In this document: positions 11,690-24,534 of the stretch, piece after piece
Layout of the letters: each line of letters starts with the position of its first letter
Numbering within the stretch: the stretch's first letter is position 1
NCBI RefSeq assembly: GCF_032191835.1
Contig: NC_083243.1
Span: 59,520,001-59,584,000 of the forward strand
Direction of reading: 5' to 3'
DNA from: Heteronotia binoei
Lineage: Eukaryota
DNA length: 64,000 nucleotides
Notes under the pieces: model-generated
The model's input: only the letters and a program-made list of their open reading frames with translations
Told to the model about the DNA's origin: nothing
Database searches by the model: none
Program-made: the position numbers and the translations under genes

Positions 11690-13560
11690 CTGAGGGAGAG
11701 GCCTTTCCTCCTGTTGCCAATCTCCAGGTGAGAGCTAGAGATCACTCAGAGTTACAACTGCTCTCCAGATGGCAGAGATCAGCTCCCCTTGAAAAGGGGG
11801 GGAGTGAATGCCTTCACAAGGCTGTGGGGAGCACTCACACAGAGGCCTTTAGTAGTACCTTTCCACGTTGGTCAGAAATTCCTGAGGGAGGCCTTTCCTT
11901 CTGGGGAACCACTGTTGCCAATCTCCTGGTGAGGGCTGTAGAAGCTTGACTGGGTGATTTCGAACCAGCCTCATGGGGTTGTTATTCGGATCAAAGGGGG
12001 GAGAGGAAGGAGAATGCTTTAAGCTGATGTAATGGCTGAGGACTCCTCCCTATTAAACAGACTGTCAGAGAGAGACTGTTGGTCTGAAAGGTCTCATTAC
12101 AGGCCTCTGAGGCAGAACTCATTGGGACCAGTGCTTACTATGGCAGCCAGTTTCAGGTTGGTGAGAAATTCCTGGAGATTTTGTGGTGGACTTTGAGGAG
12201 GGCATAGGAGTTAGGGCTTCATAGTGGGGTCTGCTGGACCCAGGTCCTTGCTGTGGAAGCTGACTGACTGATTTCAGACCAATCACAGACTTCCAGCCTA
12301 ACGCCTCACAGGGTTGTTGTTCAGATCACATGGGGGGAGAGAATTATGTAAACTGCTTTGGTCTCCCCCCCACACACACACACACTGTGAAGAATGACTA
12401 ATTTGCCTGTACAGAGGCTGCAGGGAGGGCAAGGGTGATGGAAAGCTGAAGGGGCAGATAAAGAAAAGGAGATAGGGTTGCCACTCCAGCTTAGGAAATT
12501 CCTGGAAATTTAAGGGGCTGGGCCTCAAGAGTGCATGGTTTGAGGAGGAGTGAGACCTCAGAGAGGTACAATGCCGAAGAAGAAGAAGAATTGCAGATTT
12601 ATACCCCACCCTTCTCCCTGAATCAGAGACTCAGAGCGACTTACAATCTCCTATATCTTCTCCCCACACAACAGACATCCTGTGAGGTGGATGGGGCTGA
12701 GAGGACTCTCACAGCAGCTACCCTTTCAAGGACAATTCCTACAAGGCAATTCCAGTAGGTCCAAGGCAATTCCAGCAGGTGCAAGTGGAGGAGTGGGGAA
12801 TCAAACCCGGCTCTCCCAGATAAGAGTCCACGCACTTAACCACTACACCAAACTGGCTCTCAAACCAACTCCAAAGTTGACTTCAAACCAACAATTTCCT
12901 CCTGGGAACCATTGTTGCCAATCTAGGTGAGGGCTGGATCACTCAGAATTACAACTGCTCTCCAGATGTCAGAGATCAGCTCCCTTTGAGGTGGGGGGAG
13001 AGCAAGGGTGGCAGACACATGCCCAGAGGCCTTCAGTGGTACCTTTCCATGTTGATGGGAAATTCCTGGAGATTCTGTGATGGACTTTGAGGAAGGCATA
13101 GGAGTTAGGGCTTCATAGGGGTCTGCTGGATCCAGGTCCTTGCTGTGGAAGCTGACTGACTGATTTCAGACCAGTCACAGACTTCCAGCCTAACCGGCCT
13201 CACAGGGTTGTTGTTCAGATCAAAGGGGGCAGAAGAGAATTATGTAAGCTGCTTTGGTACCCCACCTTCCACTGTGGAGAAAGACAGCCTATGTAGAAGC
13301 TGCAGGGAGGGGGAAGGAGATGGAAAGCTGAAGTCAGAGGGGCAGATAAAGGGAAGGAGACAGGTTGCCAACTCCAGGTAAGGGAATTCCTGGATATTTA
13401 AGGGGTGGGGTTTGAGGAGGGGTGGAACCTCAAACAGGTACAATGCCATTTCCTCCTAGGAAACCATTGGAGATCACTCAGATTTACAACTGCTCTCTAG
13501 ATAGCAGAGATAAGCTCCCCTTGAAGTGGGGGGAGGTTAAATGCCTTCAATTGGATGGGT
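11690..13560. repeat. Local tandem array of a composite rearranged-MITE + SINE-body + unique unit
   Basis: About 12160-12575 is repeated at about 13055-13445; the GTTGCCAATCT..CAGAGATCAGCTCCC module recurs near 11715, 11915, 12915 and 13470. Confidence 0.8.
12576..12861 (-). mobile_element. tRNA-derived SINE (Squam3-like, GAGAGCCAGTTTGGTGTAGTGG head)
   Basis: Complete head with A/B boxes and (TTC)n tail on the minus strand; inserted within the tandem array. Confidence 0.85.
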
Positions 13561-13795
13561 GGGAAGAAAGCAAGTGTGGCAGGCACTTGGCCAGAGCCTC
13601 CTTCTAGAGCCCGTTTTCTTTCCACAACAGGCATCACTCCTAGTATTTAAATAAATGGTTACTGAAGGTCCTTTTTTTATTCAAACTTTTTACCACATAT
13701 ACACCTTGACATTTGGATTGAAGTAAATATGATTAAAACTAAAAAAAAACCCACTGAGTTAAGAAATCCTTGCAAATACATTTATACAAGTTACT

Positions 13796-13988
13796 AGAGT
13801 TACCATTCTCAAGATGAGGCCTGGAGTTTTCACAGAATTACAACTGATCTCCAAACCACAGAGATCAGTTCCTATAGAGGAAATGCAGTTTCAAAGAGTA
13901 TATCATAAAGTCTGGGAAAGACACTGCATCCCTGCTGAACACCCTCCTCTCCCAGGCATCACCTTCTCAAACCAGATTTTGCAATCCT
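13796..13988. mobile_element. Short TAGGGTTGCCA-family MITE, decayed
   Basis: Degenerate TIRs and internal TTACAACTGATCTCC..AGAGATCAG motif shared with 51528-51747. Confidence 0.65.
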
Positions 13989-14469
13989 ACAAATTACTAG
14001 TCTAGTAAAATTCTTACTAGCCTATCCATCTCCCAGTAAATATGAAATAAAGAAATCTAAAACTCTAACTTCAGATTTAATAAAAATGGTTAAAAAACAA
14101 AACTGCTCTGGGATTACAAAAAAAGACACTTGAGGGGTTTTTGTGGGGGTTTTTTTGCCTTTGCAGTAATTTAAGGTGTAGAAAACCTTCATATCACATA
14201 ACAAAGCTTATAAAACACTGAATTCTTTCATGGCAGATATTCAAAATCACATATTAATAATCCTGGGATTAGACAAGATTGAAAAGAAAATTGTTTGATA
14301 TTTTATTTATTTATTATGAAAACATTTATATCTTGCCTTTCCCAGAGCCTCAAGGCTGTTTGCAATACATAATTAAATCACACAATTTAAAAAAACAACA
14401 AAAAACTAATCCCCCCTGCAATCAAATACAATCTTGTACTGCCTAGTGCAATAAAATGTCTTGTCAATA

Positions 14470-14676
14470 ACATATGAAGCTGTCTTATACTGAATCAGAC
14501 CCTTGGTCCATCAAAGTCAGTATTGTCTTCTCAGACTGGCAGCGGCTCTCCAGGGTCTCAAGCTGAGGTTTTTCACACCTATTTGCCTGGACCCTTTTTT
14601 GGAGATGCCAGGGATTGAACCTGGGACCTTCTGCTTCCCAAGCAGATGCTCTACCACTGAGCCACTGTCCCTCCCC
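14470..14676 (-). mobile_element. tRNA-derived SINE (Squam2-like)
   Basis: Reverse complement of 27571-27778; A-box TGGCTCAGTGG, B-box GGTTCAATCC. Confidence 0.88.
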
Positions 14677-15374
14677 GATAACACACCATTGAAATGGTTA
14701 AAAAGTAACATAGACCCCTAAAATTTTCTAAGAATGGCATTTTCCTCACCCAACAAGGGAGCCCGTTTCATAAAGCAATCACAGAGTATGAACAGGGCCT
14801 TGTCCACAGAGGAGGCCAGCTTTAAAGTGGGAATACCAGTAGGTGATGATCTCGAGATCATAGCTGGCATGCAGTAACATATGTGGAAAGACAGTCCTTT
14901 AGATACCTTGGACCTTTACATTTTTCTCTTTAATACAGGTCTTTTAAAACATCTTTCTGTGAACTGCATCATTCATGTGATTGGCTGATGTAGCTTGTCT
15001 AGTGGTATGCAGGATAAAGTTATTTATATATTATCTATTATAAGATCCATCAAGGCAAAGAATTGCCATAAATGGCTTTAACTGGGTAACCTTAAAAAAC
15101 GACCTCATATCTGGAGAGAATGCAACTATGATCCTTACAAGCAAGAATAGTTCAAGTTATTTCTTGGCTAATCAACACAGTGGCTGCTGGGACAAGTGTA
15201 CCAATAAAGACAGGGGAATCATTATCCATACTAGGAATAAGGTCTGTTGTGAGGAAAAATACAATGGGCTCTAGAAAGAGGCTCTGGAAAGATCCTCTGG
15301 GTGGGTCCCCCCAAGGTGGGTCCCCCCCAACCCTTGCTGTCTTCTCACACACCCAAGTGAAGGCATTCACTCCC

Positions 15375-16380
15375 CTCCACTACCTCAAGGGGAGCTGATC
15401 TCTGTCATCTGGACTGCAGTTGTAATTCTGAGTGATCTCCAGCCCTCATCTGTAGATTGGCAACAGTGGTTCTCCAGGAGGAAATGGCTGGTTTGGAGGG
15501 TGGAGTCTACAGCATTGTACCTGTCTGAGGTCCCACCCTTCCTTAAACCCTACCCTCTCCAGGCTCCACCTCTCAAATCAACAGGAATTTCCCAACCTGG
15601 AGTTGGCAACTGCTAAGTCACACTGGCTGTCAGTACTGCTGAACAGGAACAAGCAGCCAGTCCTAGTTAAGTCATGCCAGTTAGAAGAATAATTATTGGG
15701 GGGGGGGTGCAGGGGGGCATGATGATGCTCACATAGATGCTGAAGCTCAGTATTCCTTTTGTTTGCAGTGCACTGTTGCTGCCTTTTCCTGTCATTTTCA
15801 ACCTTGCGGTGTTTAGCATAAACATGAGCTTGTGGTGTGATCTGATTTTTTTTGTTTGGTTGTGTTATGGTATACCATAGGATATGAGCCTCAAGGCAAC
15901 CATTTTCTGTAGGGGAACTTCAGCTTTCCATCTCCTCCCCCTTCCCTGCAGCCTCTACCTAGGAAAAGTATAGTCTTACTTCACAGTGGGGACTAAAGCA
16001 GGAGGGAAGCAATCTCAACGTGATATAATGAAACAGAGTCTATCCTGCAAGGCAGCCGCTTTCTCCAGGGAAGCTGATATCTTCCATCTGGAGAGCAGCT
16101 GTATTTCTGAGTGATCTCCAGCCCTCACTGGAAATTGGCAACAGTGATTCCCCAGGAGGAAATGGCTGGTTTGGAGGGTGGAGTCTATGGCACCGTGCCT
16201 GTTTGAGGTCCCATCCCTCCCCAAACCTACCGTCTCTAGGTTCCACCCCTCAAATCTCCAGGAATTTCCCAACCTGGAGTTGGCAACCGCTAAGTCATAC
16301 TGGCTGTCATAGGAGGGCTGCTGCTAAACAGGAACAAGCAGCCAGGCCTAGTTAAGTCATGCGTGTCAGATGGCATCAAG
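15375..16380. repeat. Two tandem copies of the composite unit, inverted relative to the 11.7-13.6 kb array
   Basis: About 15390-15680 recurs at about 16065-16360; about 15920-15995 is the reverse complement of about 13265-13335. Confidence 0.8.
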
Positions 16381-17987
16381 CAACCTAGAAGGTGCTGCCA
16401 GGCCTAGGGCAGCCAACCCCCAGGTGGGGCCTGAAGATCTGAGTTGTACAAAGGGTATATGCAGGAAGAGCAGGGAAGAGAATGGAGGAAGTTCCCCTAG
16501 TCTGAGGAGCTTTCTTCCAGCTTAAAAAGTCTTCTTCCTTCTGTTGGAGGACGAGACACATGCTGGAGGAACAAACTTCAAGTTCAGTAGCACATTACTA
16601 TTTTCCCATGGTCTCCTGTATATGGCACCCCATCCCAGAAACATTTAGTTGGTGCCAATTCTTCTCACATATGTTTAAGTTAAAACATTTTTTTAAAATG
16701 TTCCCAGACATTTGTTGCTTGATATTTTACATTGTGAACCTGCTTACTATAGGGATGGTCACAATTTGAAGTTCTACCATCAATTTTTTCCATCAAGACT
16801 GATACGTGCATTCATGGCTTTGACATATTGAAATAGACTGGAGTGCACTTTGTTTCACACTTTCTCCATTTCGCTGCCTCAAAAATGATTGTTTAATAAA
16901 TATTTAATTATGCAGCAGTTGTCAACTGAGTGCTATGTAGGGATGAACAAATTCCTGTGGATTCAGATCACATAATTCCCAGTTGTGAATCTGCCACTGA
17001 TTTATTGATGACTGGATCAACTATTTGCCATTCAGAGTTCATTGGGTAGATTTCTCACATGTGTGTTGTTTAGTGCATGTGTGGTTTAGCAAAGGATCAC
17101 AGGAGTTATAGAGTCTTCATGTAATAAGTTAGCATCTTTCTTTACTGCCCACCTGCATTATTCACACTGTACATCACTCACAAATACTTGTGGCATAGCC
17201 ATGGTGGCACTGGGTACTTTTAATTTACTTAAGTGAAATGAAGAGAAATCAGGGAGCAGCCCTGGAGTAACCTTTGTAATTAACACCAAGCGGGCAGGGT
17301 TTTGTAGTTTAACTTCCCAGTGACCATGACTCCTGCATCTGTCCAACAATAAATAACTGGAAAAAATAGCAAAAAACAGCCCACCCCACTGTCTTGCCAG
17401 ACAGGGACAATGAATGTAACTGAATGCTTTTTTCTGCTTCTGACTCAGCATGCATCTTTATTTGCATACCCTTGTTGCTACAAGGCTTTAATCTGCTCAT
17501 ACTGCCCCCGGGATATGGGATGACCGGTTCACCAGGATATCAGATCTGTTAGTAAAGTCCAACAATCAATAGACCAGTATGGCTAGTAGTATAAAAACTC
17601 ACTGCACAGCTGACAACCTGTTCAGAAGGCATTTGTGACATCTGTTGAACCAATGAACTAATCCCGGGATCAGCTCATTGGAATCTCTGCCATAGATTAA
17701 GATAAAATTGTAGGGTAAATTCATTCACAACCAATATCATTGGTATGCTATGAGCTCTGCCAAAATGCACAGAAAACTATTCATTTTGCGGACGAGGAAG
17801 TATCAAGTGATCTCAAAACCTAGAGTTGCATGCCTTATATTCTCAGCCTTCCAAACCAACTTCACATGCATACATACAAACTACACTGTTTATTCAGTCG
17901 AACACCTATGAATTGATATTTTTCAAATCCAGGAAAAATACAAATTCATGTATGTATTCAAATGCACATTTTCAAGTTAAGTGGTGG

Positions 17988-18752
17988 CAAGGCTTTTTTT
18001 GTAGACAACGCCAAGCAGGAACTCATTTGCATATTAGGCTACACCCCCTGCCATCACTGGAAATGATGTCACCTGTTCAGTAGGTTACTTTCCACATGAG
18101 AGCCAGTTTGGTGTAGTGGCACTGACTCCTATCTGGGAGACCCAGGTTTGATTCCCCACTCCTCCACTTGCAGCTGCTGGAATGTCCTTGGGTCACCCAT
18201 AGCTATCTCAGTGCTGTCCTCAAATGGGCAACTTCTGAAAGAGCTCTCTCAGTCCAACCTACCTCACAGGGTGTCTGTTGTGGAGGAGGAAGGTAAAGGA
18301 GATTGTAAGCCACTCTGAGACTCTGAGATTCAGAATGTAGGGCAGGGTATAAATCCAATATCATCATCATCTTCTTCTATATTGACACAGAACAGTATAG
18401 TGCCATCAGCTGCATTTCATGGATGTGTGTTCTCACACAGCCCAATGAGAGATCTTATTTTGCCCCTCCCCAACATGGCTGATGAGTGCCACATGTGGCG
18501 GAGCAGGCAGTGGCAGGCTCACCTTCTCCCAGGAGGGGGCGCTCACAGGTGGCTCTGCATCACTCGCTTTCTTTACAAGCCCATTGGAGGTTGGAGGTGG
18601 CAGAGAGGACAGAGTGAGCAGTCTGGGAGTGCATGCCTGCCTGGTGCCTTCCCTCTGCCAGAGGTCTTTTTTTTTGAGCTGGCGCCCTGGCCAAACTAGC
18701 CAGAACTGCATTCCTGTGCATTCCTGCTCAAAAAAAAAAAAAAAAAAGCCTG
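17988..18752. mobile_element. Long AGGGCTTTTT-family MITE with a nested SINE
   Basis: Left end at 17988 with octamer/CACCC module, right end GAACTGCATTCCTGTGCATTCCTGCTC(A)nGCCTG; SINE at 18098-18375 lies inside. Confidence 0.6.
18098..18375 (+). mobile_element. tRNA-derived SINE (Squam3-like)
   Basis: Same family as 12576-12861, opposite orientation. Confidence 0.85.
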
Positions 18753-19149
18753 GAATGGCAGGGGAAAAATTCTAAAGAGAAGAATTAAAGTCCCAAGGAA
18801 AAGAACAGCTACATGCAGATAATCACAGAAATGATGAAATGGAGCCAGGAAGATGTGCTTACCACTATTTTACTATTATAGCTGTCTGTTCTTTCATTAT
18901 AGGTTTTTAAATTCTGTTTTATATTTTCATAAAATTTTGGATTTATGTAAAAATGTTACTTCTAAATTAAATTCTATGGTTTAGAATAACTGAAACGTAG
19001 AGTAAAAGTCAAGAGGGTCTCTCAAGCCTAATTATTACTAGCAAATTAGATTCAAAACTCATAATTTAGTTGCTTCTCAGTAATTTTAGGGTTAGGGACT
19101 ATGCAGAAGTTGGGCATCTGACTCATTGTTACATTTTAGCTGGAGAGAA

Positions 19150-19430
19150 TTATGTGTTCCAATCTAAAAAAACAACCACATACTCAGCAAGGATTGGATC
19201 TGCATGTTTCAGTCGTTAGCCCTTCCACACCGTATGCCATGGGTGGTAGAATGTGTTGTCAAGTTGACTCCATGGGGTTTTTAAGGCAACAGGTAGTTTT
19301 CCGTTTCCTGTCTCTGCAAAGCAACCCTCAACTTCCTTGGAGATCTCCCATCCAAGTACTAATCAAGGCTAATGTTCTTTAGCTTCTGAGAACTGAGATT
19401 GGGCTAGCCTGAGCCATCCAGGTCACTGCA
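19150..19430 (-). mobile_element. 5S rRNA-derived SINE (5S-Sauria-like)
   Basis: Minus strand has CAGAAGCTAAAG..TTAGTACTTGGATGGGAGATC (5S A/IE/C-box-like) followed by a Sauria-like body CTTAAAAACCCCATGGAGTC. Confidence 0.7.
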
Positions 19431-20239
19431 CTGCCACATGCTAAGTCAACAGATTTTTAAAAAAGTTTAACATAAGTCTTCTGTTCCAAGATGTAAAAAA
19501 TGCTGAAAACTTCTTGGAGACTCACGTAAGCCCTAAGCATTCCTAAATATGGCTGTTTTTTCTTGGCTGCACCTTCTACCACGGTTATCTTTGTGTATCT
19601 TTAGAAGTAGAAGAAATGCAGAAAAATGAAAATATTTAAATCAGGGACATTTCAAATGTGCATATCAACCTGGAGCATATATAGTCTAAGAAAACAAAGA
19701 GGAAAAAAGAAGGAAATATGGGATCAGACTAAGAAAAATCACTAAAAATTCAGATACATGATGGTAATCATATCTTGAGAAATGGTCTATTAAGAATATG
19801 GTTTCAATGTACAAATGGAATAAGTTACCCAGCTTCCCCACTGAAATCCTAAATTGACATTTATTGTGAAAGAGTACATGAAAGAAAATTGACCATATAA
19901 GTTATGAGTAAACGATGGATAAACAAGAAAAAATAAAATTATGTTAAGCTGTTCAAGATGAAGAAAAAAACATTTTGTGGTTGTTATATCATCAAATGGT
20001 ATCCAAACTGAAAGAACAAATAGTTAAAGAAGGGGGTCAACTAAGAAAGAAAATGACTTCTGAACAATTAATTACTGGAGATCTAAGGCACCTATTAAGA
20101 AAAACGTATACAATGTTATTGCAGTATGACCCTGAAACAGAGCAAGTAAAAAAAAAACCCTGTATGATAAAATGGATGCAAAATTTTGGGGGAAAATGTT
20201 CATGAGTCATTGGGAATATCTATGGACTAAAGAAATTAA

Positions 20240-20755
20240 GATTACCTAATTATCTAATACTAAGGGAGAACGGGTATAAAAAGTTGATGTGTTGATAGTT
20301 ACCTGGATCCTCCTTTTCCCTCTTCTTGAAGATGAGGACGACATTTTCCCACCTCCAATCTTCTGGCACCTCCAAGAACCTAAGCTCATACTGAGATTTA
20401 GCTCTCTCTCTCTACAAGCACTGGTTATTTGTTGATATTCATCCATGGTTGTAAGACCCTCCTTCCGTTTCCTAAATGAGTCTTTTTTTTAATTTCTTAA
20501 GGCTTTAGAGAGCTGTTTATGGAGCTACCTTGACTTCTTTAGGCTCCATCCATTTTACTTTCTCATAGGAATCGTTTGTGATTATTCTTCAATATTTCAC
20601 TTTTAAGAAACTCCCACCATTCTTGAACTCTCTTCTTCTTAAGTATTTCTGACCATGAAATTTTACCAAGCATAACTCTAAATCTGTCAACATCTGCTTT
20701 CCTAAAGTCCAATCTATACGTCTGAATGTGTACAGCTTTTCCTGTCCCCAAGACT
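20240..20755 (-). mobile_element. CR1 LINE ORF2 fragment
   Basis: LDFRKADVDRFRVMLGKISWSEIL..WWEFLKSEIL, typical CR1 endonuclease-RT linker. Confidence 0.75.
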
Positions 20756-20981
20756 GAAAAAATGAAAAAGATTAAAACTTAAGTTTGCAATGGATCCAAA
20801 AAATGTCATTAAATATCTTACAAGCAATATTACAAAAATACACAGTGAATTATTTAAGTACATGCTGACAGCAGCAAGAGTAGTATTTGCAGCAAAATGG
20901 AAGGTAGCAAAATGCCCAGACCTGAAAGAATGGAAGAATAAATTAAATGAATATGCAACAGTGGCAAAACTTACATATTTT

Positions 20982-21215
20982 AGGAGGAGAAGGAGGAGAT
21001 TGGATTTATACCCTGCCCTTCACTTGGAGTCTCAGAGTGGCTTACGATCTCCTTTCCCTTCTTCTCCCCACAACAAACACCCTGTGAGGTAGGTGGGGCT
21101 AAGACAGCTCTTTCAAGAACTGCTCTTGAGAGAGTAGCTCTTTCAAGACCTGTGACTGACCCAAGGTCACTCAGCACATGCATGTGGAGGAATCAAGCCT
21201 GGTTCTCCCAGATTA
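20982..21215 (-). mobile_element. tRNA-derived SINE (Squam3-like), head truncated
   Basis: Aligns with 12576-12861. Confidence 0.75.
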
Positions 21216-21519
21216 AATATAAGGGTTTTTTCAATTATATAGCAGAAGGTCAAGAACAAAATTAAATTAAAATTGAGAATGATAGAAGGAATGAATTAGA
21301 TAGTATATGTTTATGACAAAAATGTTATTAGATATGAAGACAGATGGAAAAGATGGAATGAAGATAACTAAATAGAAGTGGAACATCAAAAATAAATGAA
21401 AGTAAGTTCTATATAAATGTAAGATTTTGAATAAAAATGATTACAGTTTATATTTTATGTTTGTAAATTGAAATGAAATGTAAATACAAACATATTGTCT
21501 TGTGATAATTAAAAAAAGA

Positions 21520-23039
21520 GTTCCAGAGGAGATCTGGGAAATTGCAGCCCAGTCAGTCTGACTTCAATGCTGGGAAAGTTGGTGGAAACCGTTATATAAG
21601 AGAGAATTAGTAAGCACATTGATGAACAAAAGTTATTGAGGAAGACTCAGCATGGGTTCTGTAAGGGAAAATCTTGTCTCACTAACCTGTTAAGAGTTCT
21701 TTGAGGGGGTGAACAAACATATGGACAAAGGGGACCCAACAGATGTTGTTTACCTTGACTTCCAGAAAGCTTTTGATAAAGTTTATCATCAAAGGCTACT
21801 TAGTAAGCTCAAGAGTCATGGGGCAAAAGGACAAGTCCTCTTATGGATCAAAAACTGGCTGATTAATAGAAAACAGAGAGTGAGTATACATGGGCAATTT
21901 TCTCAGTGGAGGGTGGTAAGCAGTGGGGTGCCGCAGGGCTCAGTACTGGGTCCAATGCTTTTTAAATTGTTCATTAATGATTTGGAGTTGGGAGTAAGCA
22001 GTGAAGAGGCTAAGTTTGCAGATGACACTAAATTGTTCAGGTTGGTGAGAACCAGAGAGGATTGTGAGGCCTGCCAAAGGGATCTGTCAAGGCTGGGTGA
22101 GTGGGTGTCAACATGGCAAATGTGGTTCAACGTGACCAAGTGCAAAGTAATGCACATTGGGGCCAAAAATCCTAACTATAAATACAAGTTGATGGGGTGT
22201 GAATTGGAGGAGACTGACCAAGAGAGAGATCTTGGGGTCAAGGTACATAACTTACTGAAAATGTCAAAACAGTATTTGACTGCAATAAAAAAGGCCAAAG
22301 CCATGCTGGAAATTATTAGGAAGGGAACTGAAAACAAATCAGCCAGTATCATAACGCCCCTGTATAAATTGATGGTACAGCCTTATTTGGAATACTGTGT
22401 ACAATTCTGGTCACCGCACCTAAAAAAAGCTATTATAGCATTGGAAAAAGTGCAGAAAAGGGCAACTAGAATGATTAAAGGGCTGGAACACTTTCCCTAT
22501 GAAGAAAGGTTAAAACTCTTTGAGCTCTTTAGCTTGGAGAAATGTCAACTGATGGGTGACATGATAGAGATTTACAAGATTATACATGGGATAGAGAAGG
22601 TAGAAAAAGAAGTACTTTTCTCCCTTTCTCACAATACGAGAACTAGTGGACATTCAATGAAATTGCTGAGCAGTCAGGTTAGAACGGATAAAAGGAAGTA
22701 CTTTTTCACTCCAAGGGTGATTAACACATGGAATTCACTGCCACAGAAGGTGGTGGGGACTGCAAGCATAGACAGCTTCAAGAGGGGATTGGCTCAACAT
22801 ATGGAGCAGAGGTCCATCAGTGGCTATTAGCCACAGCATATTGTTGGAACTCTCAGTCTGGGGCAGTGATGCTCTGTATTCTTGGTGTTTAGCGGGGATA
22901 CAGTGGGAGAGCCTCTAGTGTCCTGGCCCCACTGATGGACCTCCTGATGGTGCCTGGGTTTTTTGGCCACTGCGTGACGCAAAGTATTGGACTGGATGGG
23001 CCAATGGCCTGATCCAACATGGCTTCTCTTATGTTCTTA
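21520..23039 (+). mobile_element. CR1 LINE, 5'-truncated, with 373-aa RT/C-terminal ORF (21709-22830)
   Basis: [40 protein letters not shown]; CR1 3' UTR ending GGCTTCTCTTATGTTCTTA. Confidence 0.95.
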
Positions 23040-23707
23040 AAGGGTCCTGCATGATAAGCAGCAATATCCCCATATTTTCACTGATGTCTGAGAGAGAGAT
23101 AGAGAGGCTTATCTAAAGCTGCTTAGCAAGTTCACCATGATACTAGAAACATAAATTTTCAGCAACACAACTCATTCTTTGTTTATGTAACTCTGACTTG
23201 TAGAAGTATTCATGCTCTGGTGTTATGTAATTAAATGGGATGTTTTCCTGTTCAGACTCCATTGAATGACAGCCATGCAGAAGAACTTCCATTGGAAAAT
23301 ACTCCTTATTGACTTTCAGAGCTTTCAAGAAACATGTCCTTATATCACTAGCTAGCTGGATATATGGCACACGCAGAATCGTTCATAACTTTATTCTTGT
23401 CTCCTTCACCTTTGTGATAGCTTTTGCCAATTTACATAATAGAAAAATATATAAATATGTAAAATATTTATAATATGCCCTTCAGTAACACAAACACATT
23501 TTAACATGGGTAAGGAAGACAAGATATTCTAATTACAAAATGAAGAAGCTGCATAGGTAATAATACAGTTTGTCTACTGAAAAGGGAAGAGGACTCTTTT
23601 AGCAACTGCAAGAAAAAATTATATTTGCATAAATGTCTAAAATATGTCTCTGACAATGATTCTTTCTACTGTGCTGTTGTTTTCTTCGTATTTTTCTTTT
23701 TCTTAAG

Positions 23708-23751
23708 CTACCACTGTAAATTGAACCCGTCAAACAAGGCCCATCCAGAAA
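23708..23751 (+). other. Candidate 44-nt internal exon (YHCKLNPSNKAHPE)
   Basis: Long polypyrimidine tract ending TTTTCTTAAG, donor AAA|GTATGT, only one frame open; gene not recognised. Confidence 0.4.
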
Positions 23752-24285
23752 GTATGTTCAGTGAAGGGAGCATTTGACCTATTAAAACAAAATCACAGCC
23801 CATCTTTTCTTTTTAAATAAACACCTTTTTGACACAAGAGATCAGTGCTTTTAACCGGATAGAACTGGATTTTTTTTTAATTCCAAGTGGTTCACACATA
23901 TCTGACAACTTCAATATTGCTTGTAGCATGTGACATACTGAGTGGCATTGCCCAAAATGTACAAAAAAGAAAAGTGGTTCCTCATAATTCACCTTCTCCT
24001 GGTTAAAAAAAAAATCCTCTTCAAGTTACAGGTTATCTGTCACAATGAATCTAAGAAAGAATTTATTAACCATCTCAAGAGAGAAAAATCAGGGATTATC
24101 AGGAGCCATAGCACAACACCTTCTCCCAAATGTACTGTTTTCTGAACAATGATCTCAAGACCATGGAGTAAACAAGACAGAAGTAATCTTTGCAGAAAGT
24201 AAGACCAAGTTGCTTATCTTAATCATAAACAGTTTGCCTGCTAAACACATGCACAGCTTCGTTTGCCTTTTCACGTGGACCAATA

Positions 24286-24534
24286 TCACACGAGGGCTTG
24301 TTCCGGGTGGAGAGCCCTTTTGCACCCGGTGCTTCTCTCCATTTTCGCACAAGCTGACGCGGAGCTGCGAGTTGGCACATCACTTTTCCGTGGCAAGCAG
24401 AAACCGCTTGTAAGAGGATCTCGCTTGCCACAGGAAAGTGGCACGCCAACTCGCAGCTCCATAGCAGCTTGTGTAAAAACTGAGAGAAGCGCCAGGAGTA
24501 AAAGGGCTCTCCACCCAGAACAAGCCTAGAGTGA
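24286..24534. mobile_element. Fold-back palindromic MITE (Harbinger-like by shape)
   Basis: About 110-bp imperfect inverted arms around a short central spacer. Confidence 0.8.

Larger units (their letters stand above)
19690..21515 (+). mobile_element. L1-clade LINE 3' remnant, interrupted by CR1 and SINE insertions
   Basis: ORF2 C-terminal-like pieces ETEQVKKKPCMIKW (19975-20205) and YMLTAARVVFAAKWK..EWKNKLNEYA (20790-21092); A-rich 3' end. Confidence 0.7.
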
